From Nitrospirales bacterium (GTDB lineage: Bacteria > Nitrospirota > Nitrospiria > Nitrospirales > UBA8639), in assembly GCA_965223295.1 (NCBI GenBank), contig CBDCWC010000003.1, positions 704,001-768,000 on the forward strand: 64,000 nucleotides of DNA. Direction: 5' to 3'. Under the pieces are notes generated by a model. The model made no database searches. It saw nothing but the letters and a program-made list of their open reading frames with translations, and was not told where the DNA came from. Below, piece after piece: positions 1 through 11,449 of the stretch (within the stretch, counting starts at the first letter, position 1; each line of letters begins with the position of its first letter). The translations under genes were made by a program, and so were the position numbers.

Positions 1-1
1 C

Positions 2-166
2 CAGACAGCCTCATCACATTCTGAAGACCCCGTGCTTTGGGCTCAAACTCAATTTACGATTGAAGTTGATGATATCTCCGAGGACATTATGCTCATGCTT
101 GCCATCTCAGATCTCGGACTTCTCCTGACAACTCTCAATAAACTTTTAGACCCCCAATGCGCCTGA
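2..166 (+). CDS. 3' end of a CheC-like chemotaxis phosphatase-family protein (partial, runs off window start)
   Basis: Manual translation QTASSHSEDPVLWAQTQFTIEVDDISEDIMLMLAISDLGLLLTTLNKLLDPQCA* aligns with the C-terminus of the CheC-like ORF at 971-1609 ([31 protein letters not shown]). Confidence 0.8.
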   Translation, partial: QTASSHSEDPVLWAQTQFTIEVDDISEDIMLMLAISDLGLLLTTLNKLLDPQCA

Positions 167-204
167 ATAAATACGCTTCATCCAAACTCACCCCATTCTC
201 TTAA

Positions 205-344
205 GGACACCTCTAAAAACTAGGATTTTGTGTGAGGGCAAGGAAGCCGCGCGCGGAAAACCGCAGTGTATGGGGGAATACATGAGGATTTGAGCATGCG
301 GTTGACGCCGCCATCGCGGAAAAGGACAGTTCTTAGAGGTGCCC
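205..344. mobile_element. MITE-like palindromic element, family B (copy B1)
   Basis: Terminal inverted repeats GGACACCTCTAAAAACT / AGTTCTTAGAGGTGCCC; flanks CTTAA/TTTAA; second copy at 56030-56124. Confidence 0.75.
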
Positions 345-593
345 TTTAAAAACTTGGAGGTTCTCTCGGAAAACCTGTTCGGTTCAATCATTTCATCCCT
401 CCAGTAACTCTGCTCTTCCTTTTTTCACCTTTTGACCAACAGCTCCCTTTCACTTCCACACTGCCTTTTTCATTAAGATTCTCCGAAAGACACCCGAAAA
501 AAGATCTATTGAGTTATTCATAGGATAGAAAATCTTTTCCTCAACAACGACTTGTAAGTATCCTTCTTTCAACCCATAAGGAGAACAACATTC

Positions 594-980
594 ATGAGCC
601 GTGTATTAATTACCGATGATTCCTTACTCCAACGCAGAACCCTTTCTGCCATCGTAGCGGACATGGGCCATGAGGTCGACACTGCCTGTAATGGCCAAGA
701 AGCCGTTGAGAAGATTCAAGCAGACCAACCTGACTGCTTATTACTGGATATGCTCATGCCCATCATGGATGGTGTCCAAGTCATAGAAACCTTGCAATCT
801 CGTGGTGTGAAGTTGCCCATCATTGTTCTCACTGCCGATGTGCAGGACTGGTTGAAGGACCGATGCCTGGAATTGGGAGCCACCATGTTCTTGAACAAGC
901 CCGTCAAGCAAGATCAATTGCGACAGGCCCTGCAAGACATCCTGGCTGCGCCACAACCCACGGAGGCGCCATGCACATAA
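594..980 (+). CDS. Single-domain response regulator (CheY-like REC)
   Basis: VLITDDS...LLLDMLMPIMDG...VLTAD...FLNKP receiver motifs; SD AAGGAG upstream. Confidence 0.92.
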   Translation: MSRVLITDDSLLQRRTLSAIVADMGHEVDTACNGQEAVEKIQADQPDCLLLDMLMPIMDGVQVIETLQSRGVKLPIIVLTADVQDWLKDRCLELGATMFLNKPVKQDQLRQALQDILAAPQPTEAPCT

Positions 981-1609
981 GTCCTGATCATCTCGATGTC
1001 TTACAAGAACTGCTCAATATCGGGGTTGGACGAGCCGCCGGGTCCCTGAACCAGATGTTGGAGAAACCCATCCGACTACATGTGCCTTTTATTCGAGTAG
1101 GAAAACCAGACGAGGTTTCTCAAGAAATACAAAAAATGCAGGAAACCACGTTATCCTCTGTACAATTACCCTTTAAAGGAACATTTCAAGGATCGGCCTG
1201 TCTGCTTTTCCCGACAGACAGCGCGGCAGCCTTAGTGACCGCCCTCACCGGAGAAGCAGAAGATACGGACACGATGGACTCCTTACGAGAGGCCACACTG
1301 ACCGAAATTGGTAATATTGTGCTCAACGGTGTCATGGGCTCGTTGGCCAATATTTTACAAAATCAGATTACCTACTCCGTTCCGTTTTATGAGGAAACAT
1401 CGTTGCAGGGATTACTCCAACCCTCACGATCAGAATCTTCCGAAATGGTTCTCTGGGCCCACACCCAATTTACCATTGAAGATTACGATCTGACGGGAGA
1501 TATTATGCTGATGTTCGGCATCCCTGATCTTGGCCTGCTCATCAACGCGGTAAGCGAACTTTCCCAATTAACAACATGTCAACATGTCTCAGCAGGATCC
1601 ACTTCTTAA
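971..1609 (+). CDS. cheC: CheC-like phosphatase/inhibitor of MCP methylation family protein
   Basis: [15 protein letters not shown] and [11 protein letters not shown] (D/S-x3-E-x2-N motifs); start moved to ATG 971 (GGAGG SD, overlaps REC stop). Confidence 0.85.
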   Translation: MHISPDHLDVLQELLNIGVGRAAGSLNQMLEKPIRLHVPFIRVGKPDEVSQEIQKMQETTLSSVQLPFKGTFQGSACLLFPTDSAAALVTALTGEAEDTDTMDSLREATLTEIGNIVLNGVMGSLANILQNQITYSVPFYEETSLQGLLQPSRSESSEMVLWAHTQFTIEDYDLTGDIMLMFGIPDLGLLINAVSELSQLTTCQHVSAGSTS

Positions 1610-4600
1610 CTTAGTTATCCTCGATCATCTTCCCCAAGGCATTTTCATTCTTCGACCGAATGAGACCGTCGCCTTTTGGAATCATTGCCTAGAGGACTGG
1701 ACAGGTATTCTAAAATCAGAAATTGAGGGCACTCCCGTAGCAACGCATTTCCCCCACTTAGGTACACCAAAATACACCTCGCGCTTTGAACCACTCTTTC
1801 AGGGAGGTCCCCCTGCTACCTTTGCCTCACAATTTCATCCGCAATTCCTACCCTGCACCCTTCCTAGTGGGCAATCCCGAGTCCAACAGACAACGGCCAA
1901 AGCCATCTGGCATGAAAGGACACAAGAATGGCAGGCCTTAATTATCATTCAGGACATCTCGGACCTCCACCGCCAAGTTGCTGAATCCCAACGACTCCGG
2001 AAACAGGCCCAAGTAGAAATCAGTGAACGCAAAAAGGCCGAAATCGCACTGGCCGATCAAAACCGCTTATTAGCATTAGACGCGGAAATAGGGAAAATCA
2101 TCACGCAAAACCATGAATTCCAACCTCTCATGCAGGAATGCACCCAAGCCATTGTGCAGTATCTCAATGCACATTTCGCTCGAATCTGGATCCTCGATCC
2201 AACCCAGCAAATCCTTGAACTGCAAGCCAGCGCAGGACGCTACACTCATTTGAATGGTCCCCACAGCCGCATACCAGTCGGGCAATACAAAATCGGGCAG
2301 ATTGCCGCAGAGAAAAAACCTCATTTGACCAATGCGGTCGTCGGAGATCCGCGTGTCTCAGACCAAGAATCGGCCAAACAAGAGGGACTAATTGCCTTCG
2401 CCGGATACCCCTTACTCCGAGATGAAGAAGTACTGGGCGTACTGGCAATATTCTCCAAATATCCGTTGACAGACTTAACCTTGGATACACTTAGGAAGGT
2501 AGGAAACCGAATTACAGTAGCCATTGAACGCCAAAAATACCACCACGCCCATCAGGAACTCTCTCTTCGATACGAACGTATTTTGGCTTCAGTAGGAGAA
2601 GGGATTTACGGGTTAGATCTGGAGGGCCTGACTACCTTTGTCAATGAGGCTGCAGCCAAAATGCTGGGGTATGAAACAGATGAACTCATTGGGCTCCCAA
2701 TGCACACTGCCTTGAAGGATGGTTCCACACACCATATCGAAAACGAAATCCTGTGGCGCAAAGACGGGACCTGGTTCCCAGCAGAATACACCAGCATGCC
2801 GATTTTTGATGACAAACATCAGTTAACAGGTACTGTGGTCACGTTCAAAGATATCACAGAACGGAAAGAGATGGAGAAAGCTCAAGCTCATCTTCAACGA
2901 GCCGTTGACCAAGGAGTTGAAGGACTGGCCTTGCTTGATAGTAACGGCGATTATACGTATATCAATCCTGCCCATGCAGCAATGTATGGCTACAGCGTCG
3001 ATGAACTATTGGGACTATCATGGAAAATGCTCTATTCAAAGGATCAGTTACAGCTTCTTGAAGAGATCTGTCTCCCTCAACTCCGTAATTCGGGGAAATG
3101 GCAGGGAGAGCTCCTCGGCCTTCGAAAAGATGGAACGAACGTACCGGTGGAGATTTCGTTGTCCTTACTCATGAATCCAGATGGTTCCTCGGATGGTCTG
3201 GTATGTACCTGTCGCGATATGACGGATAGGAAACGAGCTGAGGAACGATTCCGACAAGCTGTAGAAAGTGCACCAAGTGGAATGATCATGATTGATTCAC
3301 AGGGTTGCATTGTCTTAACCAACCAGGCAACTTCCGAATTATTTGGATACGGCCCAGACGATTTGATTGGGTCATCGATCGAACAACTCGTTCCTGATCG
3401 TTTCAGAACTCACCACCCCGAACACCGCGCCAAATTTTTCTCGAATCCCCACCCACGGAAAATGGGAGCAGGGCGAGACCTCTTCGGCCTGCACAAGAAT
3501 GGCACAGAAGTCCCCATTGAAATCGGCCTGAACCCCTTCAAGACAGAGGAAGGAACCTTTGTGTTGGCGTCAGTCGTCGATATTACTGCAAGAAAGTTGG
3601 AGGAAGAACGCTTTCGTTTGGTTGTGGAAACCACTCCCAATGGCATGATTATGGTCGACACCTCGGGCAGAATCGTCCTGGTCAATCAGCTCACCGAATC
3701 GTTATTCGGATATTCACGAGCCGAACTACTAGGGCAGCCAATTGAAATATTAGTGCCACTGCCTTTCAGAAAAGAGCACCCTCATCAACGCGCAAAGTAT
3801 CTCACCAACCAGATACAGAACCGAGTCATGGGGAAAGGGCGGGAACTGTGCGGACTGCATAAAAATGGACGTGAAATTCCCATTGAAGTCGGACTGAACT
3901 CCATTAAAACACAAGAAGGGCTCTTCATTTTAGCCTCGGTGGTAGATATTACTGAGCAAAAAGCTGCTGAGGCACAACTCAAAAAAAACGCTGACGCCCT
4001 TGAACAGAAAAACAAGGAACTCGTCATTACCCGAGATCAAGCACTCGCGGCCGCACGGTCAAAAAGCGAATTTTTAGCTACCATGAGTCATGAGATTCGC
4101 ACCCCCTTGAATGGCGTCATCGGCATGACTGATCTGCTGCTCGGCTCGAATTTAGATGCCGACCAACACGAGATCGTGGAAACCGTGAAACATTCTGGTG
4201 AATTCCTGCTCACCATCATCAACGATATTTTAGATTTCTCCAAAATCGACGCCGGGAAATTAGACTTGGAAGTCATCACCTTTGATATTCGAAAGGTCGT
4301 AGATGAAGTCTTAGACATCCTTGCCGAACGCGCTGGGCAAAAGGGCCTTGAATTGATTGGCTTAGTCTATGCCGCAACCCCTCAACACGTACTAGGTGAT
4401 CCAGGCCGAGTCAGACAGATTCTGTTTAATCTCATCGGCAATGCCATTAAATTTACCCAAGAAGGAGAAATCGTCGTGGACGTTTCCGTGAGCCAGACGA
4501 CGACCGACATCACAACCCTGCGATTTGCCGTCACGGATACGGGAATTGGCATTGCCCCTGAAGCCCAACAGACCCTCTTTGAGTCGTTTACCCAAGCGGA

Positions 4601-6143
4601 TAGCTCGACCACCCGGAAATTTGGGGGCACGGGCCTTGGGTTGGCCATATGCAAACGCCTGGTCAACATGATGCAAGGAGACATGGGCGTGACCAGTGAA
4701 GAAGGACAGGGCAGCACCTTTTGGGTGACCATTCCCTTTACTCATGGAGCTACGTCTTCCATGATGGCACCCCCCCCGACGACACTCCAGGACCGTCGGG
4801 TGTGCATCGTCGAGTCCCATGACACGATCCGTTTCCTCTTGCAACACTATGTCGAGTCTTGGGGAATGATTTGCGAAGTCGCACAAAACGGAAACGACGG
4901 ATTCGCCTTGCTCGAGAAAAGAACCAAAGAGGGAAACCCTTTTGATATCGCCCTGTTGGACCATACGCTCTCAGAAGCGAGAGAGGAAGATGGATTTTCC
5001 TTAGCTCAACGTGTTCGACAAGATCCCGAGATTTCCCACATTCCCCTTATTCTCATCTCCGCTCTTGGAAAACGAGGCGAGGGGAAACTGGCTCAAGAGG
5101 CCGGATTCAATGGGTATCTTACGAAACCCATTCGACATCACCAATTACAAGAATGTCTCAAAATGGTCTTGAGTGGTCACTCGCCTTCATCGACCTCCCG
5201 TGAATGTTCTTCTCCTTCATTGACCACAAGACATACGGTGGAAGAAGCGCAGGCTCGTACTCAATGCCAGATTCTTCTCGCTGAGGATAACGTCGTGAAT
5301 CAGAAGGTGGCTGTCCGGATACTGCAAAAACTGGGCTATCGAGTTGATGTCGTGAACAATGGGCAAGAAGCCATCGTAGCAATTGGGCGTACGGCCTATG
5401 ATCTGGTACTCATGGATTGCCAAATGCCCGAATTAGATGGCTTAGAAGCCACGCAGAAGATTCGGGAATTGGAAGAAGAAAAAAGTGAAAAGGAAGAAGT
5501 GGAAAATAACGGACTCATAGAGGCCAACCCTCCTTCTGATATTTCACTTCTCCCTTCTCACTCAAGAATACCCATCATCGCGCTAACCGCCAATGCGTTG
5601 CCCGAAGATCGAGAAGCCTGCCTTCAGTCTGGCATGGATGATTTTTTATCTAAACCTGTCCGGCTGGAAGAATTATCCACCATGATGACCAGATGGTTGC
5701 CTCACCTAGCTGACAATGAACGCATCAAGCAATCCACAGAAAAAACTAATACTCACGCGCCTACAACAAGACCTCAATCACTAGATAAAAACATCATTCA
5801 AAACCTTAAAGATCTCGGGGGAGCAGAAGATCCAGAATTTTTCCTGACAGTTATTGATCAATTTCTCGAAGATTTGCCTCGTCATTGTGAAGGAATCAAA
5901 CAAGCCATTGAACAGCAAGATGGTATGGCACTAACCAAGTCAGCCCACACCTGTAAAGGTTCTTCTCGATCAATTGGAGCTACGGCGTTGGCAGAAATCA
6001 GTTATACCTTAGAAATCATGGGGCGTGAAGCATCTCTGACAGACGCGGCCGAAATATTTAAAGAATGGCTACAGGAACAAGAACGGACAAGACAGGCGCT
6101 AGAACAGGAGAAAGCGCAAGTAACTACCCCACCTCTCTGTTGA
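1584..6143 (+). CDS. Hybrid multi-sensor histidine kinase (PAS-GAF-4xPAS-HisKA-HATPase-REC-REC-HPt)
   Basis: [16 protein letters not shown]-box, [23 protein letters not shown], two receivers, SAHTCKGSS HPt motif. Confidence 0.95.
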   Translation: MSQQDPLLNLVILDHLPQGIFILRPNETVAFWNHCLEDWTGILKSEIEGTPVATHFPHLGTPKYTSRFEPLFQGGPPATFASQFHPQFLPCTLPSGQSRVQQTTAKAIWHERTQEWQALIIIQDISDLHRQVAESQRLRKQAQVEISERKKAEIALADQNRLLALDAEIGKIITQNHEFQPLMQECTQAIVQYLNAHFARIWILDPTQQILELQASAGRYTHLNGPHSRIPVGQYKIGQIAAEKKPHLTNAVVGDPRVSDQESAKQEGLIAFAGYPLLRDEEVLGVLAIFSKYPLTDLTLDTLRKVGNRITVAIERQKYHHAHQELSLRYERILASVGEGIYGLDLEGLTTFVNEAAAKMLGYETDELIGLPMHTALKDGSTHHIENEILWRKDGTWFPAEYTSMPIFDDKHQLTGTVVTFKDITERKEMEKAQAHLQRAVDQGVEGLALLDSNGDYTYINPAHAAMYGYSVDELLGLSWKMLYSKDQLQLLEEICLPQLRNSGKWQGELLGLRKDGTNVPVEISLSLLMNPDGSSDGLVCTCRDMTDRKRAEERFRQAVESAPSGMIMIDSQGCIVLTNQATSELFGYGPDDLIGSSIEQLVPDRFRTHHPEHRAKFFSNPHPRKMGAGRDLFGLHKNGTEVPIEIGLNPFKTEEGTFVLASVVDITARKLEEERFRLVVETTPNGMIMVDTSGRIVLVNQLTESLFGYSRAELLGQPIEILVPLPFRKEHPHQRAKYLTNQIQNRVMGKGRELCGLHKNGREIPIEVGLNSIKTQEGLFILASVVDITEQKAAEAQLKKNADALEQKNKELVITRDQALAAARSKSEFLATMSHEIRTPLNGVIGMTDLLLGSNLDADQHEIVETVKHSGEFLLTIINDILDFSKIDAGKLDLEVITFDIRKVVDEVLDILAERAGQKGLELIGLVYAATPQHVLGDPGRVRQILFNLIGNAIKFTQEGEIVVDVSVSQTTTDITTLRFAVTDTGIGIAPEAQQTLFESFTQADSSTTRKFGGTGLGLAICKRLVNMMQGDMGVTSEEGQGSTFWVTIPFTHGATSSMMAPPPTTLQDRRVCIVESHDTIRFLLQHYVESWGMICEVAQNGNDGFALLEKRTKEGNPFDIALLDHTLSEAREEDGFSLAQRVRQDPEISHIPLILISALGKRGEGKLAQEAGFNGYLTKPIRHHQLQECLKMVLSGHSPSSTSRECSSPSLTTRHTVEEAQARTQCQILLAEDNVVNQKVAVRILQKLGYRVDVVNNGQEAIVAIGRTAYDLVLMDCQMPELDGLEATQKIRELEEEKSEKEEVENNGLIEANPPSDISLLPSHSRIPIIALTANALPEDREACLQSGMDDFLSKPVRLEELSTMMTRWLPHLADNERIKQSTEKTNTHAPTTRPQSLDKNIIQNLKDLGGAEDPEFFLTVIDQFLEDLPRHCEGIKQAIEQQDGMALTKSAHTCKGSSRSIGATALAEISYTLEIMGREASLTDAAEIFKEWLQEQERTRQALEQEKAQVTTPPLC

Positions 6144-6188
6144 AGTAGCCTACATCGTCAAACAATTGGAATTCGCACTGGTCAAAAA

Positions 6189-6222
6189 TAAAGCTCCACG
6201 CCTAACAAGACGAGGAGCTTTA
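6189..6222. terminator. Probable bidirectional intrinsic terminator between convergent genes
   Basis: TAAAGCTCC...GGAGCTTTA inverted repeat with A/T-rich flanks. Confidence 0.55.
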
Positions 6223-6272
6223 CTTTAAAACCCTTAGGAGATTCTAACCTCCTTATTCCATCACATCAAACC

Positions 6273-7085
6273 TTAAGCACGCGTGGATTTCTTTCGCCAG
6301 AAATACCCCATGAGACCAACCAGCCCTGTACCGAGCAAGAGGCCTGTCGAGGGTTCTGGAATGGGAGCTGTAGCTTGAGAGATCGTGATTCGTGCCACTT
6401 GATAACTATCCTGTGTAAAGTCTCCATCAGGAAAGGCCGTCAGAATATTCCCGCCAGCAATAAATCCTGAGTGAGCTGCAACTACCCCACCTTCCGTCAC
6501 ACCTGTGTTCGGAGCTATTTGCGCCAGCGCTGCGGTATTCGCAGGAATCTCATCATTCACTTCCGTCCCAGCATCTAAAACCGATGATCCCAAGATAAAA
6601 AAGTCAGCGCCAAGAAAACTTCCGCTATCATCAAAAACTTGGATGCTTTCTGGATCCCCGTTCGCGATAAAAGCATCGTTACTGGGAATCACCATAGCCG
6701 CATAACTGAAATATTGGTTGGTGGACAAGCTGCTATCTAATGTAAACAGCTGGGAAGCCACCCCTCCTGGACCTACAGGGCCACCGGGTAACGTGGCTTC
6801 GATCGTTCCCCCACCGCTTTCAAGAAAGTCATCAGCTAATGGAGCCGTATTGCCATCTTCGGCAAGCCGTTCCAGCGCCGCTGAGGTAGCTGTTCCATTA
6901 TCGTACGTATCAAACGTCCCATCGTGAAATCCCACCCAAAGTGGAGTTAACAGCGTTCCGCCGACATTCGAAATTTTTACCTCTAGCGTTGTTGATGCTG
7001 CAAACACTAGAGATGTTGTCAGAACTAAACCAGCAATGCCCCCTACTCCTACCACATGCGCCCCGGCCCACAATCGCAGTTTCAT
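6273..7085 (-). CDS. Spondin_N-domain PEP-CTERM surface protein
   Basis: Signal peptide; LTPLWVGFH, LERLAEDG, MVIPSNDAF, DAGTEVNDE spondin motifs; C-terminal PIPEPST-TM-WRKK. Confidence 0.88.
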   Translation of the reverse strand: MKLRLWAGAHVVGVGGIAGLVLTTSLVFAASTTLEVKISNVGGTLLTPLWVGFHDGTFDTYDNGTATSAALERLAEDGNTAPLADDFLESGGGTIEATLPGGPVGPGGVASQLFTLDSSLSTNQYFSYAAMVIPSNDAFIANGDPESIQVFDDSGSFLGADFFILGSSVLDAGTEVNDEIPANTAALAQIAPNTGVTEGGVVAAHSGFIAGGNILTAFPDGDFTQDSYQVARITISQATAPIPEPSTGLLLGTGLVGLMGYFWRKKSTRA

Positions 7086-7196
7086 GAGAATGGCTCCTTC
7101 AATGTGAGAATGTTGGCAACAAACAGATCGGAAAGTCCGACTCTATGCTCCTGTCTACGTTCAATATGTTTTGTTACAAACACCCCCTGAACCCTC

Positions 7197-8372
7197 TTAC
7201 CAGCCTATCTTTTGCATGCGATCGACCGCCTCCGCCAATCGTTCCTTGGTCGTGGTCACGGTCATACGGATATACCCCTCTCCGGGATCCCCAAACCCAT
7301 TTCCCGGCGTAGTCACAATCCCTGCTTTTTCAATGAGATGCGCGGTAAAAGATGCAGAGGTAAAGCCTTTCGGTACCCCGATCCATACATAAAAAGCAGC
7401 CTCAGGTGTCTCTAACGACAAGCCAAGTTTTTTCAATCCCGCCACGAGCACATCACGCCGTTCTTGATAAATATTTCGCAGATCATTCGTGACAGAATCC
7501 TCTAACTCCAATGCTGTCATCCCCGCTTCCTGAATCGCTTGAAACACTCCTGAATCAATATTGGTTTTGACTTTGCCTAGTCCAGCAATCACTTCCTGAC
7601 ACCCAACCGCAAACCCCACACGCCAACCAGTCATATTGAATGTCTTAGACAGAGAATGAAACTCTACGCCCACATCCATCGCCCCTTCCGCCTCAAGAAA
7701 ACTGCATGGCCGTTTGCCGTCATAATAGATTTCCGAGTAGGCCGCATCGTGACACACAATAATGTGGTGTTCTTTTGCAAAGTCGACCACTTTCTTGAAA
7801 AATTCTTTGCTCGCGACAACCGATGTCGGGTTATTGGGCGAATTTAAAAACATCATTTTGGCTTTTTGTGCGACTTCTGTAGGGATCGCGGCCAAATCAG
7901 GCAAGAACCCATTTACTTTTGTTAGTGGCATCACATGAGATGTGCCTCCGGCAAAACTCACGCCGACAGGATAGACGGGATATCCAGGGCTCGGGACCAA
8001 CACCACATCTCCCTTATCAACAAAGGCCAATGGCACATGGCCGATTCCTTCTTTTGAGCCAATGAGTGTCAACACTTCTGTCCTTGGATCAGCCGTGACT
8101 CCAAACCGACGCTGATACCATTTCGCGACAGCCGTCCGAAACGACAGCATCCCATCATACGAGGGATATTGATGGTGCTTGGGATCGCCAGCAGCCTGCC
8201 GTAGGGATTCAACAATGGGCTCTGGTGTGGGTAAATCTGGGTCTCCAATTCCCAAGTTGATGATATCCATACCACCTTCAATGGCCTTGCGTTTCATGTC
8301 ATCAATCGCAGCAAATAAATACGGCGGCAACGTGCGAATACGATCCGCATATTGAATAGGAAAACTTGCCAT
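7197..8372 (-). CDS. dapL: LL-diaminopimelate aminotransferase (class I/II PLP)
   Basis: [44 protein letters not shown]; true start ATG 8372 with AGAAAGGAG SD. The longer ORF-track start lies in a repeat. Confidence 0.85.
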   Translation of the reverse strand: MASFPIQYADRIRTLPPYLFAAIDDMKRKAIEGGMDIINLGIGDPDLPTPEPIVESLRQAAGDPKHHQYPSYDGMLSFRTAVAKWYQRRFGVTADPRTEVLTLIGSKEGIGHVPLAFVDKGDVVLVPSPGYPVYPVGVSFAGGTSHVMPLTKVNGFLPDLAAIPTEVAQKAKMMFLNSPNNPTSVVASKEFFKKVVDFAKEHHIIVCHDAAYSEIYYDGKRPCSFLEAEGAMDVGVEFHSLSKTFNMTGWRVGFAVGCQEVIAGLGKVKTNIDSGVFQAIQEAGMTALELEDSVTNDLRNIYQERRDVLVAGLKKLGLSLETPEAAFYVWIGVPKGFTSASFTAHLIEKAGIVTTPGNGFGDPGEGYIRMTVTTTKERLAEAVDRMQKIGW

Positions 8373-8412
8373 GAACGTTGACTCCTTTCTGTATGATGCT
8401 TGAATAAATAAT

Positions 8413-8603
8413 GGGTCTGTTGAAAAAAGCCGCCAGCGGCGTTCTCGCCCTTTTTCCGTGCTCACGTAAGACCAGTACGCTCCGCGCGTAAAAATGGCTA
8501 CGGCCTTGCTGAACGGACTTTTTTGAACAGACCTGAGGCCTCTGACATGTGACGTCGCAGAGACGAAATTTGGCCGTTGATATCATCATTATTCAACAGC
8601 CCC
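8413..8603 (+). mobile_element. Hairpin MITE-like element family A, copy 1 (core plus extension type I)
   Basis: GGGTCTGTTGAAAAAAGCCGCCAGC...TTTTGAACAGACC core, outer end TTCAACAGCCCC; flanked by ATAAT direct repeats. Confidence 0.9.
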
Positions 8604-8710
8604 ATAATCAGTCGTTACGGTACCAAACTTTCAGTCAGTTAGGGTAAAACACACCAAACTTTTTAATGTCGTCTGAAAGGAACAGTATCTGAGAACTCTA
8701 CGGAAGATTA

Positions 8711-9385
8711 TTACATGAGATGCTCGATCAGTTGATTGGCCAATTGATGCAATACCGGAAGATGCGTCTTGGCTTGAGTCTGAATCGTTTCGGAAGGAAT
8801 CCCTCCTCTATTGACATCATCTGGGCATTCCCGACAAAGCGCTTCAATGCCCGGTTCTTCAATTTCCGGGTGAAACAATAGCCCATAACCACGAGCAGGC
8901 AAGTGAAACGCTTGCACCGGAAAATCTTCAGAAGCCATTAAAGACTTGACATCGGGAGGAAGGATAATCCTTTCACCATGCCATTGAAACACTTCAAACT
9001 TATCAGCCAGTTGGCTAAACACAGGATCCCTTTTCCCAACATCCGTGACCGTGACTGGGACCATCCCAATTTCAAACGTTGGCCCAGGTGACACCGAACC
9101 ACCCAAAACCTTGGCTAATAATTGTGCACCGAAACAAATTCCAAGAATGGGGATGCCCTTGTTCATCGCCGCTTTCACAAATTGTTGTTCTTTTGCAATC
9201 CACGACTCCGGATCATTCACCGACATGGGTCCACCCATTATCAGCAAGAAATCACTCGATTCCTTCGGCGGCCCCTCTTCCGGCACCAGTCTTGTCTCAA
9301 CTATATAGCCCCGCTTTTCCAAAGCCTGACGAAAAGCACCGGGACCTTCAAATGGTACATGCTGCAGACAAGTGGCAATTTTCAT
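8711..9385 (-). CDS. Class I glutamine amidotransferase-like protein
   Basis: QHVPFEGPG, MGGPMSV, GICFGAQ nucleophile elbow, FHPE. Confidence 0.9.
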   Translation of the reverse strand: MKIATCLQHVPFEGPGAFRQALEKRGYIVETRLVPEEGPPKESSDFLLIMGGPMSVNDPESWIAKEQQFVKAAMNKGIPILGICFGAQLLAKVLGGSVSPGPTFEIGMVPVTVTDVGKRDPVFSQLADKFEVFQWHGERIILPPDVKSLMASEDFPVQAFHLPARGYGLLFHPEIEEPGIEALCRECPDDVNRGGIPSETIQTQAKTHLPVLHQLANQLIEHLM

Positions 9386-9532
9386 AAAATTGGCACCAAC
9401 AATGACACAGAAAGTTACAGAGGCACGGAGAATTGAAAAAGAGGAGAAGAGCGGGAGTAAGACTTAGAGAAAAGGGAGGTTACCTCAGTATAAAAATTAA
9501 CCGGTGCCTGACTACACTCGAATGCTTCAACA

Positions 9533-10204
9533 TTACGACAAACATCCGTTAGTGGCAAACCCGTTGGCAAACATTGATTGATGTCCACTTTTCTTATTCA
9601 CGCATTCGACGAGATGCCAAAATCGAAGAGGGTTCACCTTCTTTTTACTCGCGACGATGAGACTCGTTCCTTCCAAAACCGTATTAAGTGCTAAGTCAGT
9701 TCGAAATCCGATATGCTTACACATGGGAGAAATAAATTTCTCAACCGCAGCAATCACTTTATTTCCATTACTAAAGTGATTCAACATGATGATCCTGCCT
9801 CCTGGCTTGCACACCCGGATCATTTCATTCACCACTTTCCGATAATCTGGAACCGCAGTCACGACATAAGCCGCCATCACAATGTCAAAGGTATCATCAG
9901 GAAGCTGCATATTTCCCGCATCCATAGTTTGGAGCGTGACATGCGATAAATTGAATTCGTCTACCCTGCGATGGGCATGCTCCAACATGCCCTCAGAAAG
10001 ATCAATCCCCAAGACGTCGCAATGCGACGGATACAAGGGCAACGCTTCACCCGTGCCGACTCCCACTTCTAAAACTTGGCAACCTGGCTCAATTGGCAAT
10101 CCTCGTACAGCAGCCTCCCGTGATTGTTTAAAAGCTTTTCCAAACGTGTGATCGTAGACAGATGCATAGGCTGTATACACCCGTTCCACTTTCTTATTGT
10201 CCAT
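9533..10204 (-). CDS. Class I SAM-dependent methyltransferase, PmtA-like (phospholipid N-methyltransferase family)
   Basis: YA.VYD..FG, VLEVGVGTG, GIDLSEGML, RVCKPGG, LNHF. Confidence 0.8.
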   Translation of the reverse strand: MDNKKVERVYTAYASVYDHTFGKAFKQSREAAVRGLPIEPGCQVLEVGVGTGEALPLYPSHCDVLGIDLSEGMLEHAHRRVDEFNLSHVTLQTMDAGNMQLPDDTFDIVMAAYVVTAVPDYRKVVNEMIRVCKPGGRIIMLNHFSNGNKVIAAVEKFISPMCKHIGFRTDLALNTVLEGTSLIVASKKKVNPLRFWHLVECVNKKSGHQSMFANGFATNGCLS

Positions 10205-10373
10205 GCGTCCCCCCTAGTGGTGTCTTACTCATTCCACACCCCTTCGAAGACTTGTGAATTGATACCATGAAATTTGAAAATTCGCTGAAACAGGGGAAAT
10301 TGAACGATGGCGGGAACCCAGATTTTTATGCCGGCCTGGGGACGGCCCACCGACTCACAACCTAACGGATGTT

Positions 10374-10402
10374 AATCTACCGAAGTCGAGTGAGCGAGTC
10401 AA
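10374..10402 (-). promoter_or_regulatory. Sigma-70 promoter for the methyltransferase gene
   Basis: Minus strand TTGACT-N17-TAGATT. Confidence 0.6.
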
Positions 10403-10592
10403 CTCTTATTCTTCACAACTCACTGATTGTAGAAACCTTTCTGCCAAATGACCGATCATTTGCGTATCATAAAATACATGGTTCTGTTCACAACGTGAGC
10501 ACTACCTGGGATTGCAATGCTTCAGGGGCTGCTCTACAATTCTGTCCCTCTATTTATTTTCATACGTGCCATAGCTCCGAAGGAGAACGGAC

Positions 10593-11255
10593 ATGAACAT
10601 TGGCTTTTTATGTTTACGATTCCCATGCATAGTATTTGTACTCGCCGCCCTGGGCACAATGACACAACCTTCAGTGTCATCAGCCATTGATTTGGACATC
10701 AGCATGGAACAGGCAAATGAATCCCTCGCTGCCGGCCGGCAAACTATGGAAGCTGCCAATTCCGTTGAAGATGTGGCTGCAGTCATGAAAGCTTCGGAAA
10801 AAGCCAGCCGTGTCGGAGCCGATCCTGAAGTCGATCCTTGCGGAACCCATGCCATTTTACGTACACGACGATATTGGCTGGAATATTTTGGTCGGCGTGA
10901 AGCTGCCGAATCTAAACGCCAAAAAAAGGATATCCGTATGCCTGAGGCTAAAATTCAAGAAATCCTGGATATGCCCTATCTGGAAGTGGAGGTCAGATTG
11001 TGCGGGGAAGAAGAATTTTTTGCCGAGGGAGCCGAAATTGCACTCCAACAAGGCAATCTCACTGCCCGACCAGTAGATATAGGCCCTGCAGAACGGGGTC
11101 GAAAAAATCCGGGGCCTGCCCCTAGCTTTCGCTCCCGCTTTACAGCGAGATTTGCCTATGCCGACTTTGACCCACAGGCACCAGGCACGTTGGCCGTTTT
11201 TTTTCCAGACGGAAAACTGATTAATATTCCGGCAGACTTCTCAAAAATCCAGTAA
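10593..11255 (+). CDS. Secreted hypothetical protein
   Basis: 220-aa ORF with GAAGGAG SD and N-terminal signal peptide. Confidence 0.75.
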   Translation: MNIGFLCLRFPCIVFVLAALGTMTQPSVSSAIDLDISMEQANESLAAGRQTMEAANSVEDVAAVMKASEKASRVGADPEVDPCGTHAILRTRRYWLEYFGRREAAESKRQKKDIRMPEAKIQEILDMPYLEVEVRLCGEEEFFAEGAEIALQQGNLTARPVDIGPAERGRKNPGPAPSFRSRFTARFAYADFDPQAPGTLAVFFPDGKLINIPADFSKIQ

Positions 11256-11376
11256 GAGTCTGTTGAAAAAAGCCGCCAGCGGCGTTCTCGCCATTGTTCC
11301 GTGCTCACGTAAGACCAGTACGCTCCGCACGCAAAAATGGCTGCGGCCTTGCTGGACGACATTTTTGAACAGACCC
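11256..11376 (+). mobile_element. Family A element copy 2 (core only)
   Basis: GAGTCTGTTGAA...TTGAACAGACCC flanked by GTAA repeats; the left repeat includes the upstream gene's TAA stop. Confidence 0.9.
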
Positions 11377-11449
11377 GTAAAGGAGAAGTGAAAAGCAGAA
11401 GCACGAACAAAGTAGAACTTTCAACTCTTCCTATCTTACTTTTTCTTTT

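Noticed and set aside
2076-5423. Numerous antisense ORFs within the hybrid kinase and other long genes
   Set aside because: Typical shadow ORFs with no recognisable motifs, fully overlapping well-supported genes.
8373-8465. N-terminal extension of dapL in the ORF track ([18 protein letters not shown]...)
   Set aside because: It is a translation of family A copy 1; the real start with SD is at 8372.
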